This document shows, piece by piece, positions 25,631 through 39,054 of a stretch of 64,000 nucleotides of DNA. The notes beneath the pieces were generated by a model. It ran no database searches. It saw only the letters and a list, made by a program, of their open reading frames with translations, and had not been told where the DNA came from. This stretch comes from Octopus vulgaris (lineage: Eukaryota), in contig OX597814.1 of assembly GCA_951406725.2 (NCBI GenBank), positions 214,830,001 through 214,894,000 of the forward strand, written 5' to 3'. How positions within the stretch are numbered: position 1 is the stretch's first letter; each line of letters starts with the position of its first letter. A program made the position numbers and the translations under genes.

Positions 25631-27211
25631 TCCATTTTCATAATTTATATAAATAGATAGACAAAAAAAAAATAGTCATACAAAGACAGTTAGAGTTTAA
25701 GTTTAGACCAAACATCTGCAATAATAATACTTTTGTCTCATCATAATATCTATTGTCAGTTGTTTGGTCACACCACATTATAAGGAATTATTTCCCTTTC
25801 GTCTTTCATTGATGAGTACAGTATGTCTTTACAATTACAACTAATAATTCGCATTTCTTACTTTCACCTCCAACTATTATTTGTTCTCTATCTCCTATTT
25901 CTACGACTACTGCGTCCTATTTTCAAAATTTATTTTTGAATAATTCTGTTTTATCATTGATAAATAAAGACTTCATTTTTAACATTTATATATAATGAGT
26001 TCATACTGAAAAAAGTAATATATTGTTCCTGCAGATAATATTGCCAGTACTATTTTATTTGATGGTTAAACAGTATAATTGTTATTCATAACATATTTAT
26101 TGCAGCTATACACACGGGAAATTTGTTTAATTTAATTCACTTTAAATTTAATGAATATTTGTTTTTGAAAATTAGTATTAATTTCATTATTTTGTAAAAG
26201 CATCATGATGTGAGAAAATTAAAATTATAATTGTTGTATTTAAAAGCAACATTAATTAATAATGGCCACGACGGAGGAAAAAAGTATATTCCCAGAATTA
26301 CTTGTTACATGACAGGTAACACTCGGGCAGGAACATAATCTATGAACATAGGACTCAATATATGTCCATGAAACAAATTATACTACAATACAAGTAATTT
26401 CTCTAGTTCATGTAACCAACAGGAAACTGAAGCTATTAAGCCTGAATGAACTTGCAAGTAGTATGATAGAACAATCGCAAAACCGGACGACATTGGTCGA
26501 GTTAAAACATAATGTCAATTTAGTGTCAAGTGCTTGATGTAATGCTAACAGTAGAAATTATCAAGGCTGCGCAATTGATTAATAATATATTTAACAGTAG
26601 TAGTCCGAGGTGTTCGCTTATATTCGTAAAAAGTTGAACAAAATGTATGAATTTATAGCAGATTTTATAAAATGATTCCGACACAGCCTAGTATCAATTT
26701 TATCAATTTACTCGTTGTTGTATATTAGTTTCTATCTTTTGATTTCTTTTTATGCAAGCTGCTAATTTTGATTTTTTTTTCAACGTGCATATGAATAAAA
26801 TATCTGACATGTTTTTTCTATGTTAATTTGAAAATGTTTCCGAAACAAAACCACGAATCTATGTAAATGTAAATTATGTAATTATGCAATTATATCCTTC
26901 ATAGATATATATACGCATACAAACGCAAATCCGGTGCTTTAATGTGGATCTATTGACGTTAAGTAGATGAAAGATGGCTTCGAGGAAACGTTCAGATGCA
27001 TACCCACTTAAAAAGCAATTGAAAAACATGATTTTGTTTTCGAAATGTGTTGGTGTACAGCGAGTAAATTGATAAAAATGATGTTCGGTTGAGCTAGAGT
27101 TATTTCATGCAATGTGTTTTAAATTTAAACATTTTGATAAGCTTTTCACAAATATAAACGAACACCATTGACGACATATTTAGGTTAACGAGGAAGACCT
27201 TAGCAAGAAAA

Positions 27212-27672
27212 TCTTTATATATAAAAGAGAGGTTGTGTGTCTGTCTACTCCGATTTAGATTCCTAACTACTCCCACATTTTGCGGTGCAGTGTAACCAAA
27301 AGCGGGTATCTTATAGTCGTGATTCATATCGAGCCCTTCTGGTTATTAGCGCGCGTCTACGATGAGTCTACGATTTTAAAAATAATTTACCATCATTTTT
27401 TCCATTTTAATGCATATTTTTTAAATATAAGGGAAGTAACTCTCTAAAAATGTCTACGATGAGTCAACGATTTAAAAAATAATTTACCATAATTTTTTTT
27501 TCATTTTTAATGCATTTTTTGCTATTTTTTGGCTATAACTCTCTAAAAATGCTTTATTTGATTTTGATTTTGATTTTTCCAGTTTCAGCTCATGAGCTGT
27601 GGCCATGCTGGGGCACCGCCATTTATAGTTATTTCCCTTACAAACCCGAGCAACGCCGGGCGATACTGCTAG
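27212..27672 (+). mobile_element. Solo non-autonomous Helitron with internal duplication and a foreign insert
   Basis: A|TC start, CCCGAGCAACGCCGGG hairpin, CTAG|T end; same family as the 13158 array. Confidence 0.9.
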
Positions 27673-28023
27673 TGTGTTATAATTTATTTAGAAGAGGATC
27701 ATATTTTTGAAGCATTCTTATTTTGGTGAGGTCTCTGCCATTGATGTTTGAATGATGATTCATACAATAAAACAAAACAAAGGCGAGGCAAAGTGGTAGA
27801 GAGTTTCTAATCCTAGGGTTGAAAAATTGGATGAAATGCTTAGTAAAATCTTGAAGATGAGGCGATATGGCATTTAGAAAACATCGGAAGATGGGTGTAG
27901 TGTGTGGTACGCAGCCTGTAAGATTAGAGGAGAAGAAAGTGCTAAAGTAGCGGTAGAAGCAAGAAAAATAGGCGCATCCCAGTGGTGAGCTAACAACTCA
28001 AGCTCAATGCAGAATGAAAATTT

Positions 28024-28420
28024 ATTCTTTTCTACTCTTGGCACAAGCCCCGAAATTATGGGGGAGGGGCCAGTCGATTAGATAGACCCCAGTACGCAAC
28101 TGGTACTTAATTCATCGACCCCGAAAGGGTGAAAGGCAAAGTTGACCTCAGCGGAATTTGTTGTCAGAATGCGACGACAGACGAAATACCTATTTCTTTA
28201 CTATTCACAAGGGGCTAAACACAGAGGGGACAAACAAGGACAGACAAACGGATTAAGTCGATTACATCGATCCCAGTGCGTAACTGGTACTTATTTAATC
28301 GACCCCGAAAGGATGAAAGGCAAAGTCGACCTCGGCGGAATTTGAACTCAGAACGTAACGGCAGACGAAATACCGCTAGGCAGTTCGCCCGGCGTACTAA
28401 CGTTTCTGCCAGCTCGCCGG
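28024..28420 (-). mobile_element. SINE family B dimer
   Basis: Junction at 28190/1 identical to that of the 10713 trimer. Confidence 0.88.
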
Positions 28421-28599
28421 CTTTTGCGAGGTTATCTTTTAGCTTAAACCAGCAAGAGCTTAGCGGATCTTAAGAGTATTTGTTGAAAACAAGATGCCTA
28501 TAACAGTTAGAGATGATTTTTCTTGGACACAAGTGAACAGCCATTGTATGTATGTATGTATATTTTTCTCGAACACCTACTTGTGAAGGAAAGCTCTTG

Positions 28600-29100
28600 T
28601 TTTAATCATCATTCTTTAAATCTTAAGAAGGGCTAGCAGATGATCATTTGTAGGGTATGGATTAGTGATTTGCATTCTCTCCCCCAAGATCCGAAGTTCA
28701 GCCATACTTTACTCCAGACGAGTTGGTATTTATCCTGTTGCTTCAGTAATATGAAAGTGCATCGTGTGTCCTGGGTTTGCGAATTCGTTATCAATGGTCC
28801 ATAGATGTACTCTTTCTCTTGTATTTTGTTAACCACACTGGTTTCCACAGGACAGATGATTTCCACAACAGAGCTTATTGTTTCGTTGTGGTCTCACACA
28901 GCAATATCTGGCCGGTTGTGTTTTAAATTGGTGGCTGTTTCAATTTGCAAGTTTCACTAATATTCTTTTGATCTATCGGTCTCAATATGGTCTGCTTCAG
29001 TTGTAGATATTTTCATTGTTGTTATCCTGAATATACGTATGAGTGTATGTACGCAGATATTGTACTGTACTTTTTTAAAGTAACTGGGGATGGACACACG
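28600..29100 (-). pseudogene. REL-endonuclease LINE fragment (R2/R4 group)
   Basis: Minus strand gives NLQIETATNLKHNRPDIAV..VVEIICPVETSVVNKIQEKEYIYGPL, a restriction-like PD..(D/E)..K motif. Confidence 0.7.
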
Positions 29101-29339
29101 GAAGATTTTTTTCAGTCTAGGTACTTAAGTTTTGGAGTGTCTTCTATCTAGGTTTATCATAAACTTATTGCTCGAAGAAATTTCTAGTAGCATTCGAAAT
29201 TATTTGAATAACTCTAAACTTGTTATATTTTGATCTGGTATACATTTTTGTCAATTCAAGAGGAACTAGTCAACAACTACTCTTGTCTTTGATAATTATA
29301 TCAGAATCAACACCTTTTACATACAGGCATGCATAAATA

Positions 29340-29402
<63 letters not shown>

Positions 29403-29828
29403 TATATATATATATATATATCTCCCTCTCTCTCACACACACACATACATTCAAAATATCTAGTTCGCAAATTTTATTCACTTGTGGATATTTGCATCGT
29501 GATATTATTAGTTACGATGACGTAATAATAAGAATCACAGTTTATAATATCTATCTGTCCACCTCCACAAACACACCCACACCCACACATACTCATATAT
29601 ACCCTACTTGTTATGCACATACATCATTGAAAGCGTCTCACTTCTTCCGAAGTGTTGGATTTCATTTGACGAATTTAAAATTAACTTTTTTTTAAAAAAT
29701 CTCTCAACTTATCTCTTCCTCTCAAACAAAAACACAAAATTCCAAAATCATTAAATTTAAAGATTATGTGTATTCATAACTTACTCAAATTACCTACATA
29801 CTTACAGATATATTTATAAAGAAAATGT

Positions 29829-30263
<435 letters not shown>

Positions 30264-30495
30264 AAATATATGCACACGTACACATGAAATATTAATAGTA
30301 GCAGTCTACTTTAAAGTTTCGCCATTATAACTGGCTTTTTAGAAAAGTTTTAATGATGAAACTTCGAAGTAACAGTCTCTGTTAATATTGAAATAATTAT
30401 TTCGACTTTACAAGTAGTATTTGGGTCCTTCGTTCAGTGTGTACTTAAACGTCTAGCGTATCAAAAAAAGAAAAAAAGGGTATATATATATATAT

Positions 30496-30671
30496 GGAGA
30501 GTTTACGAAAAAAAAAACAAAAGACGAAGACAGGTGGTGTACAAAACAAACAGATGTATTAGATTAACGCTCAGGAATAGAAAAATCTTTTACGTTTCGA
30601 GCCTACGCTCTTCTACAGAAAGGGACACAGAAAAAAAAACAAGGAGAGAAACAAGGAGAGAAAAAAGGAGA
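30496..30671 (-). mobile_element. Penelope-like terminal fragment within (TA)n
   Basis: Carries a minimal hammerhead motif; TA runs on both sides. Confidence 0.6.
30587..30622 (-). ncRNA. Minimal type I hammerhead ribozyme-like motif (core variant CUGUAGA)
   Basis: Minus strand reads CUUU-CUGUAGA-A-GAGC-GUAG-GCUC-GAAA-CG-UA-AAAG. Confidence 0.6.
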
Positions 30672-30698
30672 ATATATATATATATATATATGTATATA

Positions 30699-31305
<607 letters not shown>

Positions 31306-31384
31306 CGAGTAATCTTTCACTGGTTAAGACAACTGGTTAGAATGTTACCGTCGGTTTCGCACCGGCTACTGTATTTGGCAATAT

Positions 31385-31593
31385 TAATTTCAAATTTAGG
31401 CACAAGGTCATCAATATCGGAGGGTGGAGTTAAATCGATTACATCGACCTCAGCGTTCAACTGATTTATCGATCCTGGAAGAATAAAAGCCAAAGTCGAC
31501 CACGGTGGAATTTGAACTCAGAACGTGAAGGGAGATGAAATGCCGCTAAACATTTTGTTCAGAGTGCTAGCAATTCTGCCAGCTCATCGTCTT
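31385..31593 (-). mobile_element. SINE family B, older tail
   Basis: Reverse-complement match. Confidence 0.75.
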
Positions 31594-31710
31594 TGCGTTT
31601 GACAATATTGACGGCTCTTTAGATACGGTGGTCGGAAGCGCATAACCTCTTTTAAGTTGGAGGTATATATAAACACCCTGGTTGTTAAAAAAAAAAAACC
31701 CCGAACAAAA

Positions 31711-32108
31711 GGAGTGGCTGTGTGGTAAGTAGCTTGCTTACCAACCACATGGTTCCGGGTTCAGTCCCACTGCATGGCATCTTGGGCAAGTGTCTTCAAC
31801 TATAGCCTCGGGCCGACCAAAGCCTTGTCAGTGGATTTGGTAGACGGAAACTGAAAGAAGCCCGTCGTATATATGTATGTATGTATATATATATGTTTGT
31901 GTGTCTGTGTTTGTCCCCTAGCATTGCTTGACAACCGATGCTGGTGTGTTTACGTCCCCGTCACTTAGCGGTTCGGCAAAAGAGACCGATAGAATAAGTA
32001 CTGGGCTTACAAAGAATAAGTCCTGGGGTCGATTTGCTCGACTAAAGGCGGTGCTCCAGCATGGCCGCAGTCAAATGACTGAAACAAGTATAAGAGTAAA
32101 AGAGTAAA
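31711..32108 (+). mobile_element. SINE family A
   Basis: Near full-length match. Confidence 0.9.
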
Positions 32109-32408
32109 ACAATAAAAAAAAATTTTCCGGCAGGAAAAAAGAAAGTTTCCTGCCTTGGATTGATGCGTGTCATGATTAAACCGTGTCGGTTTTGTGTGTA
32201 TACATGTATGTCGTTCTCTAATCTCAAAATAGGGATGATTATGTTGCTAAAACGATTTTTGGTTCATTAATTAGATCAACATGGGAATATTTCACTTTTT
32301 GTACCCAGGAAATCACTTGGATTGTGTGAAAATAGAATAATTCTTTTTTCAGCCATGCAAGCTTGCGACGCCTACTGACATTCAGATATAGTTTAGATCG
32401 TTCTAGCA

Positions 32409-32731
32409 GTGAGGGCGCGTGGCTTAGTGGTTAGGGCATTCGGCTCATGATCGTAAGGTTGTGAGTTCGATTCCCGGCGACGCGTTGTGTCCTTGAGCAA
32501 GACACTTTATTTCACGTTGCTCCAGTCCACTCAGCTGGCAAAAATGAGTTGTACTTGTATTTCAAAGGGTCAGCCTTGTCACTCTCTGTGTCACGCTGAT
32601 TATCCCCGAGAACTACGTTAAGGGTACACGTGTCTGTGGAATGCTCAGCCATTTGCACGTTAATTTCACGAGCAGGCTGTTCCGTTGATCGTATCAGCTG
32701 GGACCCTCGTCGTCGTAACCGGCGGAGTAAA
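32409..32731 (+). mobile_element. tRNA-derived SINE family D
   Basis: A box TGGCTTAGTGG, B box GAGTTCGATTCC, CORE-like GTGTCCTTGAGCAAGACACTT, TSD AGATCGTTCTAGCA (32395-32408 and 32732-32745). Confidence 0.9.
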
Positions 32732-34381
32732 AGATCGTTCTAGCAATTTCCAATTGGTATTACTTCCTCTTTTAATCACCAAAACGTTTTAATACTGGGC
32801 CTTTCATTAACTCTAAAAGAGAATCTGTGATTATTCAGCCTGGCCTTAAAGGAGCCTTCCGTTGCCTCGACATATTTCTGTATGTGTCACTCCTTTGTTT
32901 TTGGATGACACCACCTCTGCTTCATGGACTGCAGTGTTGCATCGATATTCCCTGGGAACTCACTGTAAACTCTAGATGAGCATCCTGCCTTTGCGAAGGA
33001 GCTTGGGGTACTCACAAATATTTCTTTTGATACACGACGCACAGCTAAACGAAACCCTTAAATTAAGCCAACTGAATATTTTCCCATACCTAAGATTCTA
33101 TGCTTTTTCAGCTAATTTAAGGAGGACCCTTACTACGTAAGTTTTTATGTGTGCTGTGGTGGCAGTGGGGGAAAGCCAGAAAACTTTCTGGCAATGCTTT
33201 TTCTTGTGGGTGTTAGGGATGGGTGTATAAGTGATGTGGCCTTTAAACGCACAGGTTGCCAGATTCTCGTTGTAATAGGAGGCTGCTTGCTGCATCAAAA
33301 AGAAAAAAAAACCAGAAAATCTTTATTTGAGGTATGTATGTGCGCACACACTAGTACTTCTGTAGTATGAGAAGAAAACTTAATTTAGCATAGAAAGGTG
33401 AATGTCTCATATATGTAACTTCAATAATTCTCAAACTTACAAATTTAATAAGTAGCGTCTTCAAAAAGCAAAGATTCTTTATTTTTAGGATAATGTATAT
33501 TAAAATCATAATTTTCTTAAGAACGTTAGCCACAAATCTGAAGTGAAAATATTAAATATGGAATCGAAATTGCACAGGGACTCGCCAAGAGCTTACATTT
33601 GCCACTATCTCATTTTCCAAATTATGGATTTATCTCAGTTTTTCAATTAATAAAAATATCTTGGAATAACAATTTTGTCAAATAACACTTTTATTAGATT
33701 TAATCGTGAAGATTAAAAATTATAAGATCGATTTATGATTTACTTTATATGCTAGCTCAGTTTCATTTATCATAAAAAATACATAAAAAACAGATTAGTC
33801 TTCAACAATGTCCCAGAAGTGAAGCACTTATCGAACATTTATGAAGTGCGTACCTATTTTATATTCCTCTGGAATATGTGATAAAAATAAGTGTTAGACA
33901 TTTGAAGTATTAAGTACAATATTTCAATAATCAAACCATATAAAACTAAATACGTGTTTACTAGCAGAAATTTCTGTCTTCAGCTGTCACAATACTAATA
34001 TATTCTTCAGGCTTAAAAGGTTATCAAAACAATTCTTCTTCACTGATATTTGCTTCACTAATATCTTTTAATTAGTTATAAAAGCGACCAGTTTCAGTTT
34101 GTTCATTAGAATGTCTAGCAATACCATCTGTTTCATCGTCACCTTATATATTTAGCTATTGATCTCAGCAGTTTCTATGAGGAAAAAAATATAAGCGTCT
34201 TCACTGTTGAGTTGCAAGTCTCTATGCTGTCACTGTCCTTGTTCTGTAGCCATTTCCCCGTTAATTGTTAGCAACGAGTGAAAACAAAGAAGGGAGGGAA
34301 GGATTTAGCTATTTATCGAATTCGGTGACAATTTCAAGTATATTTGTTTATTTATATAATTATCGAATCATTTAAAAATAT

Positions 34382-34688
34382 TCGTTTCAAATTTTGGCAC
34401 AAGGCCAGCAATTTCGAGAGAGGGGGGTTAAGTCGATTACATAGACTCCAATACTCAACTGATACTTATTTTATCGACCCCGAAAGGATGAAACCTGAAC
34501 ACAAATTTGAACACAAACTGTAAAGTCGGAAGAAATGCCGCAAAGCATTTTGCCATTCACGATAAAGATTCTACCAGCACGCCACCTTATACGTACAAAA
34601 TTTTGGCTTCAAATTTTAGCACAAGGCCAGCAATTTCGAGGGAGTGGGTAACTCGATTGCATGGACCCAGGTACTCAACTGGTACTTA
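34382..34688 (-). mobile_element. SINE family B copy plus truncated second copy
   Basis: Reverse-complement matches; the second copy is cut by the mariner element. Confidence 0.75.
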
Positions 34689-35760
34689 GGTTGTTCGGAA
34701 AGTTCTGAGCGTTTTTAATATGCAAAAAGGGATATAAATAATTGACCTTTCAGTAAATTCTATTTAATGAAATAATTTCCATAATTATTAATGACTTTTG
34801 CCCATCTATCAGGTAATTTAGATATTCCACCAGCATAAAATTTGACTGCTTTTGAAGAAAAAAGTTATCTAGATGTATTTTGTCTCCATCTAAATCATTA
34901 AATGTTTTTCATTGCAATGAGTTCTGTAGAGACAAAAACAAGTGGTAGTCGAATGGCGTAATATTAAGAGAATAAAGTGGATGGGGAAAGAGATCCCAGC
35001 CAAGTTCATGTAACATTGTTCGGGTAGCGAAAGACACATGTGGTTGGGCATTGTCTTGATGGAATACTATCCCTTTCCTGTTGGCAATCTCTAGCCTCAA
35101 TACTTTGATTTTTTGGGGTTCAAATTAGCCAGCTGACAACAGTACACATCAGAAATAATAGTGCCTTTATGATCCCACCAAACACAAAGCATAGCTTTTT
35201 TGGCTTGGATATTCGCCTTTGGTTGCTGTCTTGTAAATTCCAGGATCTTTTTCGCACTACGTTTTTGCACACAATCCATTTTCACATCCAGTCACAAGTT
35301 GTTTCAAAGAAGGCATGCTTTCATTCCGTTTCAAAAGCATATCACAAACGGAATACCGATCCAAGCAATTCTCTTCTGAGAGTTTGTGAGGGATCCATAC
35401 ATTATAGCGAGAAATCTATCCTAGCTTCACTAGGTGTTCATGAGCCGTATTTTAGAAACCACCAACTTCTCTGCAAATACTCTAGTCATGATATTAGAGT
35501 TTTCTTCAATTTTTGCCTTCAAGACATCATCTTCCAAGCTAAACTCTCTAGCTTTGAATTTTACAAACCACCTTCAAGCAGTTGATTCACCCACGGCGTC
35601 ATCACCATAAACTTCACAAATGTTTTTGTATGCCTTTGCAACATTTTCTCCTTTTTTTTAAATAAAGAAAAGCATTACCACGCGAATATGAAATTTTCGT
35701 TTATCCATTTCAAACACCGTCGATAGTTGTTGTCAAACAACAGCAGTAATTTTATTCAGC
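34686..35760 (-). mobile_element. Mariner transposon with disrupted transposase
   Basis: Start MDKRKFHIRVVMLF from 35708; KKAMLCVWWDHKG; FHQDNAQPH..HPLYSLNITPFDYHLFLSLQN (DD34D signature). One TIR-like end TTAGGTTGTTCGGAAAG. Confidence 0.9.
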
Positions 35761-35766
35761 TGAATA

Positions 35767-35961
35767 CACGTCATTGATTGGTTGAAATTACCGAAATACG
35801 ACAACTCTAACAGGAAATGACTTCGTAAATAGAAACTTTTCTCAACAACGCTAAGAGTAAAAGATGTTTTATATGACACATTCTACCAGTGCCCGAAGTC
35901 TGAAAGTATTTAGTTACAAAAATTTCATTTTGTCGATCTGCCGATGAAAGTGAAAAGATCC
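35767..35961 (+). mobile_element. Right half of a MITE related to 41418-41832
   Basis: Shares ACGTCA.TGATTGGTTGAAATT, ACACATTCTACCAGT and terminal AAAAGATCC. Confidence 0.7.
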
Positions 35962-36324
35962 ATTTTAAGTAATAATGGCTGATAAAACTGAAGAAACACG
36001 TTTTTCTAAAGGTGTAGGAACTAATCACAATTTCATGCATAAATGAAGAATAAGATATGTTTGAACGTAAAGCAAGATAAAATTATTTATTATTACATTT
36101 TCATAACTATCATGACCCAAAACTTAATTCTATTCAGTTAATTTGGTGGCTGGCAATAGCGATTCTTGCATTTTAATATGTTGGCATGGAATGTATTTTG
36201 TTTCGTATTTGTCTTGAAGAAACAATGCTGTATTTCATAGTCGAATATCATATCCATCCGTTCGTAATACCGATCATGCTATCGTACCAGTCTTCACTTA
36301 ATGTAATTACACATGTAACGACCT

Positions 36325-36505
36325 AAGAGCCATTACATGTCCGCTCAACCTACTGGAAATAGAAACCAAATCTTTGTCAAGAAGGAACATATCTGCTAAT
36401 GTAGTCCTAGGTATGAAATACCCAAGAGAAAATGGCATAGTCGTATCTGGTAAACTTCTAATCATAGGTCTGTAAAATCAGAACTAACTTAAGGCTAAAC
36501 AACCC
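36325..36505 (+). mobile_element. Old repeat family E
   Basis: Reverse complement of blocks at 47855-48048. Confidence 0.5.
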
Positions 36506-36992
36506 CGACGACGACAACAACAGCAACAAAAGTAAATCAAGTGGGTAATTGGGGAAATACAGACTACAATTTGGCAAACAATGCGACACAGTTTGTGTCA
36601 AAATTTTAATTCATGTTTAAATTGAACATCGATCTTATCATTAGCGCTGCTCCACTTCTTCTAACTTAATATCTGTCGGCAGAGGGATGAAATTAACTAT
36701 CGTTATCTATTGCCGTACTCTATCGCTTCTGTTATGGAATATTGCCAAGTTTTAATTTCTAAATTAAGAGATATAGATATTGGTCGTAACCAATTCATAC
36801 TAATGAAATTATAGTAGCTAGGATTAAAATGACGTTGACCATTATAGAAATAGTAGTGTAAGCCAATTATACTTTCGAAACGTTACAATGACATCTAAAC
36901 AATTTTTCAATGACTTATCGAAGCTTAATCGAAATTGTCTGCTGAAATTTTCGTTATCCGATAGTTCAGTTTGTGGGAATTATATGTAAACA

Positions 36993-37400
36993 AGCACAGG
37001 AGTGGCTGTGTGGTAAGTAGCTTGCTAACCAACCACATGGTTCCGGGTTCAGTCCCACTGCGTGGCATCTTGGGCAAGTGTCTTCTTTCTGCTATAGCCC
37101 CGGGCCGACCAATGTCTTGTGAGTGGATTTGGTAGACGGAAACTGAAAGAAGCCTGTCGTATATATGTATATATGTATATATATATACGTATATGTGTGT
37201 GTGTTTGTTCCCCTAGCATTGCTTGACAACCGATGCTGGTGTGTTTACGTCCCCGTCACTTTGCGGTTCGGCAAAAGAGACCGATAGAATAAGTACTGGG
37301 CTTACAAAGAATAAGTCCCGGGGTAGATTTGCTTGACTAAAAGGCGGTGCTCCAGCATGGCCGCAGTCAAATGACTGAAACAAGTAAAAGAATAAAAGAG
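36993..37400 (+). mobile_element. SINE family A
   Basis: Full-length match. Confidence 0.9.
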
Positions 37401-37517
37401 TTGTGTATTTGATCAATTCATGACAATAAAAGATATTGGGTTTCTGGAACAGTGTTGCTGATTAACTCTTCAAACCAGATCAAGCAAAGCTATAACCAAA
37501 AGCAGATATTAGAGCAT

Positions 37518-37594
37518 GATTTGCTCGACTAAAGGCGGTGCTCCAGCATGGCCGCAGTCAAATGACTGAAACAAGTAAAAGAGTAAAAGAGTAA
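37518..37594 (+). mobile_element. SINE family A, 3' tail only
   Basis: GATTTGCTCGACTAAAGGCGG..AAACAAGTAAAAGAGT. Confidence 0.85.
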
Positions 37595-38358
37595 ACAAAT
37601 TACAAGTACAGAAGAAATAATTTAGATTCAAGCTGGCAAGCGACTACTAAAATATTACTGGACCGTTATAAGATGACTCCTGTTGTAACGTAAAAATGTT
37701 ACAACAAATACAAAACAAAAAATAAGTGTTAGTTTTCTGCTAATACAATTGAGCAACCAAAGAATGCTTCCAATATTGCTCCTCATTACAGCAACCACAC
37801 AGCAGGACGCCAAGATTTCCATTCGAACGAGTGTAATACAACATACAATTAACAACATAATATTCTAAGGAATTACCATTAACTCTTAAATGTTATTAAT
37901 GTTTGAATAACTTCCAAGCAATCATTTACTATAAACGTATTTGTCTTTTAACGATAAAAATATTTGTCCTTTAACGATAGGCATATTTGCCTTTTATTGC
38001 GATAATGAGTATGGAAAACAGAAAATATTTTGATGAAGCATTTTTATTCTTCCAACGATATATCAGCTTATACTAAATCGATCACCGAAGCAATCAGTTC
38101 TTTGCATACGATTTTACACAAAACGTATGTTTTCCTAAGACAATAATTTAGAAGTGAAGAAATGATGTTTATTTAATAAACCTTTGATTTATTAAGTCAA
38201 CATCATTTTTCTAAATTACGTTTACTTGATAAACAAATTATTATTGTATCTAATTGTTTGTTAGCTGAGGTTGACAGTTATGGATTGGAGAATAATGTTT
38301 ATCAAAATTACATTTGAGATCACAAAGAATAACTATTATAATTGTTATTTTTAATAAA

Positions 38359-38916
38359 GCGGCGAGCAGGCAGATTCGTTAGCACAAAGGGCGAAATGCG
38401 TAGCCGTATTTCGTCTGCCGCTACGTTCTGAGTTCAAATTCCACCGAGGTCGACTTTGCCTTTCATCCTTTCGGGGTCGATAAATTAAGTACCAGTTACG
38501 CGCTGGGGGTCGATGTAATCGACTTAATCGGTTTGTCTGTCCTTGTTTGTCCTCTCTGTGTTTAGCTCCTTGTGGGTAGTAAAGAAATAGGTATTTCGTC
38601 TGCCGCTACGTTCTGAGTTCAAATTCCGCCGAGGTCGACTTTGCCTTTCATCCTTTCGGGGTCGATTAAATAAGTACCAGTTACGCACTGGGGTCGATAT
38701 AATCGACTTCATCCGTTTGTCCGTCCTTGTTTGTCCTCTCTGTGTTTAGCCCCTTGTGGGTAGTAAAGAAATAGGTATTTCGTCTGTCTTTATGGTCTGA
38801 CAGCAAATTTCGCTGAGGTAAACTTTGCCTTTCACCCTTTCACCACCGGAGTCGATGTAATCGACATATCCACTCCCCACAAAATTGCTGGCCTTTTGCA
38901 AAAAAATTTGAAACCA
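38359..38916 (+). mobile_element. SINE family B trimer
   Basis: Junctions at 38589/90 and 38773/4 (184-bp period); the last unit has the older tail. Confidence 0.9.
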
Positions 38917-39054
38917 TTATTTATAATAATTAACTAGCAGGAGCTGGGGAAATTCCACGTTTATAAATGTTCTTATTTGCATTTTGATGAATAATATTAC
39001 TTCATGACATAAAGATTCCCGTCGTACTCGATTTCGTGCCGAGGAAAGTGCAAA

